Shown: one piece after another, positions 26,242 to 33,682 of the stretch
Layout: each line of letters opens with the position of its first letter
How positions within the stretch are numbered: position 1 is the stretch's first letter
Assembly (NCBI GenBank): GCA_018817365.1
Contig: JAHISY010000035.1
Location: 1-33,682, forward strand
Source of the DNA: Patescibacteria group bacterium
GTDB taxonomy: Bacteria; Patescibacteriota; Gracilibacteria; JAHISY01
Reading direction: 5' to 3'
DNA: 33,682 nt
Made by a program: the position numbers and the translations under genes
The notes under the pieces: generated by a model
What the model saw: the letters and a program-made list of their open reading frames with translations, nothing else
What the model was told of the DNA's origin: nothing
The model's database searches: none

Positions 26242-26551
26242 CTCTGCGAGGCAAAGCCGAAATTTGAATCTTGCTCGCTCTTGTCTTGAATCTTGATTTC
26301 CAAGATTAAAAGATGAACTTGATTGCCTGAATGAAAGCACTTGCTGAAATAATAAAATTAACGTGAAAAAAAGAATCATGAAAATCTCAAAATCAAGTAA
26401 ATCATGATTCAGACAAAAGAGGCGAAGTGGAGAGTTGAGGGTGGAAACTTGCTAATCACCATCATCTCCAATCTTTACCACCGTCTTTATTTTCAGCACA
26501 ACCTAATCATAGTAAATCAGTGTGATCCGATGAATCACGGTTCAAGACAAT

Positions 26552-26614
26552 ATCAACCCCTGGGGTCGGTGGACAGAATTTTGAAATGTTGCGCGATGAA
26601 TTCAACCCCTGGGG
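26552..26614. promoter_or_regulatory. Duplicated 14-nt palindromic box TCAACCCCTGGGGT
   Basis: Exact copies lie at 26552-26565 and 26601-26614, 49 bp apart. Each is centred on ACCCC-T-GGGGT. They lie 115-175 bp upstream of the efflux operon start. Confidence 0.45.
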
Positions 26615-26727
26615 TTAGAAATTTAAAAATGGACGTGGGGCAGAGACGGAGATTTGGTCGGCAAAATGGAAAGAGAATCAAACACTGGTTTTTGACATTT
26701 CACTAAAAATAAGTTAAAATAACTAAA

Positions 26728-28506
26728 ATGAGGTTTGCATCGATAGCTCGAAAATACCGCAAAATATTTTCAGCCGGATTGCTCGCTGCTACAATTCTCG
26801 CGGCAATCGGCTGCGTGGCTGCTGACCGCGAGGCTGAAGAAGGTTCCGCGGAGCAGGTTTATCTTCCGGAAGTTCGCACCGAAATCGTGCGATCCGGGAT
26901 TTCGCAAGAAATTGCCACAACCGGAGAAGTTCGCGCTGCAAAATCCGCCACGCTCACTGCCGAGATTCGCTCGGAAGTAAAAAAAGTTCTCGTGAAGGTC
27001 GGCGATGAAGTCTACGCTGGGCAGATTCTCGCGCAGCTGTCTTCCGACAGTGTGGCGAGCACTCGTTCGACTGCGGGCGCCGCTTTTGTGAATGCGCAAA
27101 GTTCTCTCGCCCAAACCGAGCTTTCCAGCGATCAAAGCATCGAATCCGCGCGAGTCGCTCTTCAAACTGCGGAAATTAATCTCGAAACCACGCTGAAACA
27201 AAATGAAGCATTGCTTCGGCAGGCGGAGGAAGTTTTAAACGCCGCGAAACTTTCTAGCGGACTGTCGGTTTCCGCTGCGGAAACCACGCTCGACAACGCG
27301 GTTCGTTCTGCGTATCCCGCAGCGAAAGACACAGTGGCGGAGTGCGATGAGATCGTCGGGGTTTCGTCGGCGTACGAAAGTTCAAATGACAGCTTCGAAC
27401 ATCTCATCGGCGCGCTGCAATCCAGCTCCAAACCGCTCGCGGAGGCGGCGATTCAAAACGCTTTGAATTTTCTGAATTATTCCGCCGACGATTACTCATC
27501 TGCGCTCGCGCTGCTCGAAGCCGCGGAGGGTGCTGCTGCGGCGACTTTGGATGTGCTCAACAATTCCATTACCGGTGCGGACTTCACGCAGACGACTTTG
27601 AATTCCGACATCGCCGCGATTACCGCCGAACTTTCATCCATCCGCTCCGCCATTTCTACCCTCGAATCCGCGCAATCCGCCCTCGAATCCGCGCAGCAAT
27701 CCACGGACGGCAATTCGCAAGCCGTGCTTTCCGCGCAAGCCGTTTACGCCGCCACGATCGCGCAGCTCGCTGCGAACGAAGAAGCGGCTCGCCGGTCAGT
27801 GGCAGCTACGCAAGCCGCTCTCGAATCCGCGTCGAAGTCTGCGGAATTGACCCGCACCTCCGCGAAGGCCTCGCTCAACGCGGTGGCGGGCAATTTGAGT
27901 CAAGCTCAGATTTCCCAATCGAAGCTCACCATCCGCGCTCCGTTTGCCGGCAAAATTACTTCAATCGAAGTCGAGCCGGGCGACGAGGCGGCAGCCGGCA
28001 GTAATCTCATTCGAATCGAAGATGCCTCGCTGCTCAAAATCGTCGCGTATCTTTCCGCTTCTGCGGTTCGGAAAATTCAGCCGGGCGACGAAGTCCGCAT
28101 CGCTACGAAAAGTTCCGATCGGATTTCCGCCATTTCCCCGTCTGCCGATCCAGCGACCAAAAAATTCACCGTCGAGATTCTCCATCAAAATCCGTATCTC
28201 CAACCGGGAGAATTCGTGAAACTCCGCTTCCAAATCGGCGAGCAGGATTCAGCTGACACGCGGATTTTTCTGCCGATTAATTCAATCAATATTCTTAGCT
28301 ACGGTAGCTTCGTGTGGAAGTTAACCCCCCAGTTAACTGAGGGGATAAACTCGAAAGCGGTGAAGCAAGCAGTCCAGCTTGGTGAGATTGAAGGTGAATT
28401 TGTCGAAATCACGGACGGGCTGGCGGTGGGTGAGGAGGTGATTATCGACGGCGGCAGGATTCTTGATGCGAGCGCGGAAGAGGTGGAGGTGGAAATTAAT
28501 AAATAA
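26728..28506 (+). CDS. Efflux adaptor (membrane fusion protein, HlyD/RND-MFP family), unusually long
   Basis: 592 aa. The N-terminus has a signal/lipobox-like LAAIGC. The lipoyl-type motifs are GEVRAAKSATLTAEIRSEVKKVLVKVGDEVYAGQILAQL and LTIRAPFAGKITSIEVEPGDEAAAGSNLIRIED. A ~300-aa Ala/Ser/Gln/Glu-rich helical segment lies between them. The C-terminal region is a beta-barrel. Confidence 0.85.
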   Translation: MRFASIARKYRKIFSAGLLAATILAAIGCVAADREAEEGSAEQVYLPEVRTEIVRSGISQEIATTGEVRAAKSATLTAEIRSEVKKVLVKVGDEVYAGQILAQLSSDSVASTRSTAGAAFVNAQSSLAQTELSSDQSIESARVALQTAEINLETTLKQNEALLRQAEEVLNAAKLSSGLSVSAAETTLDNAVRSAYPAAKDTVAECDEIVGVSSAYESSNDSFEHLIGALQSSSKPLAEAAIQNALNFLNYSADDYSSALALLEAAEGAAAATLDVLNNSITGADFTQTTLNSDIAAITAELSSIRSAISTLESAQSALESAQQSTDGNSQAVLSAQAVYAATIAQLAANEEAARRSVAATQAALESASKSAELTRTSAKASLNAVAGNLSQAQISQSKLTIRAPFAGKITSIEVEPGDEAAAGSNLIRIEDASLLKIVAYLSASAVRKIQPGDEVRIATKSSDRISAISPSADPATKKFTVEILHQNPYLQPGEFVKLRFQIGEQDSADTRIFLPINSINILSYGSFVWKLTPQLTEGINSKAVKQAVQLGEIEGEFVEITDGLAVGEEVIIDGGRILDASAEEVEVEINK

Positions 28507-28680
28507 TAAGTAAGAAGTAAGAAGTAAAAAAATTTTCAATTTTCAATTTCTAATTTTCAAACAATTTTCAATATTTTAATTTCTCAATTTTCCAAACAGC
28601 TTCCGAATAAGTTTTGTTTAAAAAATTAAAAACATTGGAACATTAGAAATTGTTTAGAAATTTAAAATTAGAAATTTTTA
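28507..28680. repeat. AT-rich repeat-filled spacer between the MFP and RND genes
   Basis: GTAAGAAGTAAAAA is at 28517-28530. AATTTTCAATTTCTAATTTTCAAAC is at 28538-28562 and AATTTCTCAATTTTCCAAA at 28579-28597. The inverted copy AAAATTAGAAATT (28664-28676) is the exact reverse complement of 28545-28557. Confidence 0.8.
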
Positions 28681-28698
28681 TTAACCACCAACTATCTG

Positions 28699-31600
28699 AT
28701 GCACGCAACGGATGGAAAAGGCATCTCGAGTGTGAAGGATTCGTTTTGGGGGTTCTTTGTGAAAAATTGGAGAGTTGCTCTCCTCGTCCTCGCGCTTTTT
28801 GTGATTGGAGGGACGGCTTCGCTTTTTTCCCTCCCACTCGAATCTGATCCGGAAGTGAAAATTCCAATTGCAATCGTTTCGACGGGGTATCCTGGCGCGT
28901 CTCCCGCGGACATCGAAAAATTGATTACCGATCGAATCGAAGAGAAGCTCAAAAATCTTGACGATTTAGACAAGCTCACCTCTACTTCAAGCGAGGGGAT
29001 TTCTTCTATCACCGTCGAGTTCGATGCGCGCGCGGACTTGACCGAATCGATTCGCAATCTTCGCGATGAAGTTGATTCCGCGAAGTCCAATCTGCCAGAT
29101 GATGCGACCGATCCGATTGTCACTGAAATTTCCGTCTCGGACCAGCCAATCATCGCGGCTTCTCTGCTTTCGAATTTGCCGTCTTCCGAAATGAAAAAAT
29201 ACGGGGAGGATTTGCAAGACATTCTTGAGGGAATTCCGGGGGTGTCCGAAGCGAATCTTTTTGGTTTGGAAAATGAGGAGATGCAAGTTCTCGTGAATAT
29301 TCAAAAGTTAGAGGGCTACGGGCTTTCGCTTTCCGAGGTGGTGAGCGCGATTTCTCGCAATCATCTCGATTTCCCGATCGGCGCGCTGCTCACCGACGGG
29401 TTTTATTACACTGCCTCGCTGAAAGCGCAATTCAACTCTACAGAGGAGCTGCTCGAGTTGCCGGTCGCTTCTCGCGGTGGGCAGAATATTTATCTTCGTG
29501 ACATCGCGGAGGTGCGAGAAGTTTTCGCGGAAAAGGTCAGTTCGGCAAAAGTTTTTCGAATGGACGAGGGAGATTACCGCGATTCCGTTACGATTCAGAT
29601 CAAAAAGAAAACAGGTGCCAATATCGTGGAAGTGGCGGATACGGTGAAGGCGGAAGTTGCAAAATTCAAAGCGGAGCGGTTGCCGCCCGCGGTGGAAGTT
29701 TTGATTACGAATGATTGGAGCAAATTCGTGAGGCAAGACATTCGCATTCTCGGTCGGTCAGCGCTGCAAACAGTCGCGATTATTTTCGTCGTGCTCTTTC
29801 TCGCGCTCGGGAGGAAAGAAGCGATGATGGTGGGATTTTCAATTCCGCTAATTTTTCTGTTTGCGTTCATTGGTTTGAATCTTGCGGGAGAAACTTTGAA
29901 CGGCATCGTTTTGTTTTCCCTCATCCTTTCGCTCGGTTTGATTGTCGACACCTCAATCGTGATTATGGAGGGGATTTATGAGGGGGTAAAAGAAAAAGGA
30001 TTAAACGGTCGCGATGCCGTACTGCTTGCAATCCACACTTTCAAAGCGCCGTTGATCGCAGGCACGCTCACCACGATTTCAGTTTTCATCCCGATGATGC
30101 TGATGAGCGGAATCATGGGGGAATTTATCAAACACATTCCAATCACGGTAATCATCACATTGACGGCTTCGCTTTTCGTCGCGATTTTCATTCTTTCCGC
30201 GATTGCGGCGCGGGTGTTTCGCGATTACCAAAAGACTGAAAAGCGAGACAAGAAGCCGCTGTTCGAAAAATTCATCACCCCTCTGCGCGCGTGGTACGTT
30301 GCCAAAATTCGCGAGATTCTTCATTCCAAAAAAAAGCGGAGAGGAATCGTGGTCGGAATATTGCTCGCGTTTTTCGTCGCGCTCACTTTTCCTTTCATCG
30401 GAATTCTAAAAGTGCAGATGTTTCCTGCGGTCGATCTCGATTTTTTTATGCTTAATGTCGAGTTGCCGGTGGGGGCGACTCTCGAAGAAACTGAGCGCGT
30501 TACTGAAAAAGTCGAAAAATTGATTCCCGATTTGCCGGAGGTGGAAAATTTTGTTTCAATCATCGGAGGAGTCGGCACGAGTTTTGTGCTTCATTCGAGC
30601 GGTTTCGCTGCTACCAACAGAGCTCAAATTACCGTGAATCTCACCGAAATTGATTCCCGCAAGATTAAAAGCTACGAAATCGCCGGGATTCTCCGCGAAA
30701 AAGCGAGACCGATTACCGAAGCGAAGATTGAAGTCGAAGAGTTGTCTGCCGGACCGCCGAGCGGGGCGCCGGTCGAAATTCGGGTAAAAGGGGAGGATGT
30801 GAATCAACTCGAGCAGGTTGCGGAAATTCTTGTTCGCGAGCTGGAAAAAATCTCGGGTACGCGGGATGTGAGTTCGGATGTCGAGCACGGTACCGGAGAG
30901 TTTCACTTCAAATTAAAAAGAGATCGGCTGAATTTCTACGGCATCACGGCGGCGACGGTTGCCTCTGATCTCCGCACCGCGGTTTTTGGCAATAATTCCG
31001 TCAAAATTTTACGAAACGGGAAGGAAACGCCAATCGTCGTTTCGCTCGATTTTCGAAATGAAGAATGCCGGGAAGATAAATTCACGCAAGTTCTCGAAAA
31101 ACGTGATCGGCTTACGATCTGTCGAAATAACCCGAGTGACATCTCTCAAATTCGCAATCTTCTCGTTTCCACGCCAAAAGGGATGATCCCTGTTTCCGAG
31201 CTTGCCGAGATTGAGCTCCATCCCGCTATTACGATCATTCGCCACCGCGACACCGATACGGTAGTGAACGTTCACGCGTACGTCGAAGAGGGGGTTTTGC
31301 CTGCCGAGGTGATTCAGCAATTTCAAGAAAATTCCGCGAACTACGAATCTCAAATTCCCGATGGAGTTTCTCTCGAATTAGGTGGGGAGACCGAAGACAT
31401 CGCCGAATCATTCACTAGCCTCTTTCGCGTGATGGGAATCGGAATTTTTCTCATTGCGCTGATTCTTGTGCTGCAATTCAATTCTTTCCGCCAGCCTTTC
31501 ATCATTCTGTTCACGCTCCCACTGGCTTTGATCGGAGTGTTTTCGGGTTTGGCTCTCATTGGGAGGAATCTTTCGTTTCCCGGTTTTATCGGAATTGTCG

Positions 31601-31917
31601 CGCTCGCGGGAGTGGTGGTGAATGATGCGATTGTTCTTATTGACCGGATTAATAAAAACATCCAAGAGGGAATTCCCAAACTCGAAGCAATCATCCGCTC
31701 GGGCGGGGAGCGGCTGCAGCCGATTATTCTCACGACGATTACCACTTCGCTTGGAGTGCTGCCCCTCGCTTTCGCAAATGAATTGTGGGCTGATCTCGCA
31801 TGGAGTATCGCTTTTGGAATCACTTTCGCCACAATCCTCACGCTCGTGATTGTCCCGATTTTTTACAACGCGCTGGAAAGCGGGAAAGAGATTTCAGAAG
31901 TGGAGCATGAGGAATGA
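28699..31917 (+). CDS. RND-family efflux permease (AcrB/HAE-type)
   Basis: 1072 aa. It has the typical N-terminus (FFVKNWRVALLVLALFVIGG, PEVKIPIAIVSTGYPGASPADIE), two large extracytoplasmic loops and 12 TM segments. The TM4 region is GLIVDTSIVIMEG and its repeat is VVVNDAIVLIDRI. Confidence 0.95.
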   Translation: MHATDGKGISSVKDSFWGFFVKNWRVALLVLALFVIGGTASLFSLPLESDPEVKIPIAIVSTGYPGASPADIEKLITDRIEEKLKNLDDLDKLTSTSSEGISSITVEFDARADLTESIRNLRDEVDSAKSNLPDDATDPIVTEISVSDQPIIAASLLSNLPSSEMKKYGEDLQDILEGIPGVSEANLFGLENEEMQVLVNIQKLEGYGLSLSEVVSAISRNHLDFPIGALLTDGFYYTASLKAQFNSTEELLELPVASRGGQNIYLRDIAEVREVFAEKVSSAKVFRMDEGDYRDSVTIQIKKKTGANIVEVADTVKAEVAKFKAERLPPAVEVLITNDWSKFVRQDIRILGRSALQTVAIIFVVLFLALGRKEAMMVGFSIPLIFLFAFIGLNLAGETLNGIVLFSLILSLGLIVDTSIVIMEGIYEGVKEKGLNGRDAVLLAIHTFKAPLIAGTLTTISVFIPMMLMSGIMGEFIKHIPITVIITLTASLFVAIFILSAIAARVFRDYQKTEKRDKKPLFEKFITPLRAWYVAKIREILHSKKKRRGIVVGILLAFFVALTFPFIGILKVQMFPAVDLDFFMLNVELPVGATLEETERVTEKVEKLIPDLPEVENFVSIIGGVGTSFVLHSSGFAATNRAQITVNLTEIDSRKIKSYEIAGILREKARPITEAKIEVEELSAGPPSGAPVEIRVKGEDVNQLEQVAEILVRELEKISGTRDVSSDVEHGTGEFHFKLKRDRLNFYGITAATVASDLRTAVFGNNSVKILRNGKETPIVVSLDFRNEECREDKFTQVLEKRDRLTICRNNPSDISQIRNLLVSTPKGMIPVSELAEIELHPAITIIRHRDTDTVVNVHAYVEEGVLPAEVIQQFQENSANYESQIPDGVSLELGGETEDIAESFTSLFRVMGIGIFLIALILVLQFNSFRQPFIILFTLPLALIGVFSGLALIGRNLSFPGFIGIVALAGVVVNDAIVLIDRINKNIQEGIPKLEAIIRSGGERLQPIILTTITTSLGVLPLAFANELWADLAWSIAFGITFATILTLVIVPIFYNALESGKEISEVEHEE

Positions 31918-31919
31918 TC

Positions 31920-32008
31920 AATTTTCAATTTCTGATTTTCCAAATAATCTTCAAGCTTCGCTTCAATGTTCTAAAAAAAATTCCAATTCCACCTTCCACT
32001 ATCCATCC
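31920..32008 (-). repeat. Dispersed element copy plus G-free (GGA-run on minus strand) tract between the RND and proB gene ends
   Basis: AATTTTCAATTTCTGATTTTCCAAAT (31920-31945) matches 28538-28562 at 23 of 25 positions. Positions 31969-32011 are G-free. On the minus strand this tract reads GGATGGATAGTGGAAGGTGGAATTGGAATTTTTTTT immediately 3' of proB. Confidence 0.75.
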
Positions 32009-32770
32009 TCAGCGGATCACCGTCCCCGGGTTCTCGCCTTTCAAAACAATCTTCGAAAGCACATCTCGCACATTCCCATCCGCGATGAAAGTCTCGCACT
32101 CCGAAATTTTCGCGGCTTCGAGTTTTGTCCGCATCCCGCCGTGACCGTTCGCGCTCGCTTCTCCTGCCGCGGCGAAATGTTTTTTCAAATTCCGCTTGTC
32201 TGCCGACTTCACGAGTTTCGCCTTCGAATTTTCGTGAGGATCTTCCTCGAATAAACCCTCCACATCTGTCAGTAAAATTAAAGAATCCGCGCCGATCAGA
32301 TTTGATACTTTCGCAGCCAATCGATCGTTCGCCATGTATTTCAATTCATCCGTCGCCGTTACGTCATTTTCATTCACGATTGGCAAAACTTTTTTTGAGA
32401 GTAAAAGCTTCAGCGAGTTGTGAGTATTTTGCAATGTTTCGAGATTCTCGAAATCGTGCGGTGTCAGTAAAATCTGCGCGATCGTGATCCCGCACCCCAG
32501 CGTGAAGGCTTTGTAATATTTCTGCATCAAATTACTCTGTCCCACCGCCGCGAGGGCTTGCTTTTCGTGGAGCGTCTCGCTATCCGTTCGCTTGATTTTC
32601 AATTCCCCCCGCCCCGCCGCCACTGCTCCGCTCGTGACGATCAGCGCCTCTTTTTTGTTCATAAAAAGCTTTTTCACCTCGCGCGCGATTTTTTCAATAA
32701 AATCAGTGTTGAGGCTGCCGTCCTCGCGGGTGAGGAGATTCGTGCCGATCTTGATGACGATTCGTTCCAA
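32009..32770 (-). CDS. proB: Glutamate 5-kinase (short form, no PUA domain)
   Basis: 253 aa. VIKIGTNLLT, IVTSGAVAAG, ENDVTATDEL..NDRLAA and GTGGM-like GHGGMRTK motifs are present. It has a TTG start at 32768-32770 and a TGA stop. Confidence 0.9.
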   Translation of the reverse strand: MERIVIKIGTNLLTREDGSLNTDFIEKIAREVKKLFMNKKEALIVTSGAVAAGRGELKIKRTDSETLHEKQALAAVGQSNLMQKYYKAFTLGCGITIAQILLTPHDFENLETLQNTHNSLKLLLSKKVLPIVNENDVTATDELKYMANDRLAAKVSNLIGADSLILLTDVEGLFEEDPHENSKAKLVKSADKRNLKKHFAAAGEASANGHGGMRTKLEAAKISECETFIADGNVRDVLSKIVLKGENPGTVIR

Positions 32771-32771
32771 A

Positions 32772-32799
32772 GTAAGAAGTAAAAAGTAAGAAGTAAAAA
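32772..32799 (+). repeat. 2 x 14-bp tandem GTAAGAAGTAAAAA (C-free)
   Basis: Units are at 32772-32785 and 32786-32799. Both are identical to 28517-28530. They directly abut the proB start codon. A related box GAAATTCTAATTTTT follows at ~32839-32853. Confidence 0.9.
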
Positions 32800-32840
32800 C
32801 ATTTTACTCGAAGTTGGCTTTTTCGTGTTATTATTTTTGA

Positions 32841-33682
<842 letters not shown>

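Noticed and set aside
26552-26614. Two similar small hairpins upstream of an efflux transporter recalled a guanidine-II (mini-ykkC) riboswitch.
   Set aside because: The mini-ykkC hairpins have conserved ACGR tetraloops on GC stems. Here the sequence ACCCCTGGGGT leaves no such loop. A DNA palindrome or operator is the more natural reading.
26404-26706. A 100-aa plus-strand ORF in the spacer between the tRNA and the efflux operon.
   Set aside because: It has no family resemblance. The duplicated 14-nt box falls in two different frames within it, so the repeat is not protein-coding. I treat the region as non-coding leader DNA.
28507-28698. The repeat-dense AT-rich spacer looked at first like a small CRISPR-like or tandem array.
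   Set aside because: The units are only 7-14 nt and irregularly spaced, occur in both orientations, and have no unique spacers. No cas genes are present. I report it as dispersed or inverted repeats instead.
26116-32011. The idea that the efflux operon is a genomic island integrated at the tRNA-Arg gene.
   Set aside because: I found no direct repeat of the tRNA 3' end at the far side (31918-32010) or anywhere in 26193-26727. There is no integrase, and the MFP/RND genes look compositionally like the housekeeping genes.

Overview
This is a gene-dense 33.7-kb bacterial window with about 31 protein genes and one tRNA. I see no rRNA, CRISPR array, transposase or integrase. The standard code applies, because TGA, TAA and TAG each end well-conserved genes. 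I could not run any search, so all family calls come from motif recognition and the motif strings of reference proteins are quoted from memory.

The backbone is housekeeping: gyrB, lspA, glyA, hom, a transketolase C-terminal half, gap, recJ, lysS, tRNA-Arg(GCG), proB and a 3'-truncated eno. Several features suggest a small-genome uncultivated lineage (CPR/Patescibacteria-like), but that is inference only. These features are the split transketolase, many orphan membrane or small proteins, almost no Shine-Dalgarno motifs and several TTG starts.

Unusual content:
1. Two ATP-grasp ligases, an FGase-family amidohydrolase and a glycosyltransferase cluster at the left edge.
2. A 1070-aa gene (18357-21569) looks AT-richer than its neighbours. 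Five collinear motifs place it in the PEPCK superfamily, probably the giant PPi-dependent type.
3. A vapBC pair has an antitoxin ORF missing from the ORF track.
4. A small AT-rich PD-(D/E)xK-like gene sits between lysS and recJ.
5. An MFP+RND efflux pair has no outer-membrane factor. It follows a 0.5-kb non-coding leader that carries a duplicated palindromic box.
6. Short dispersed intergenic repeats and C-free purine-rich runs recur in at least seven spacers. No annotated feature explains them.

I found no clear-cut defence or mobile system. The strongest candidates for new biology are items 1, 2 and 6.
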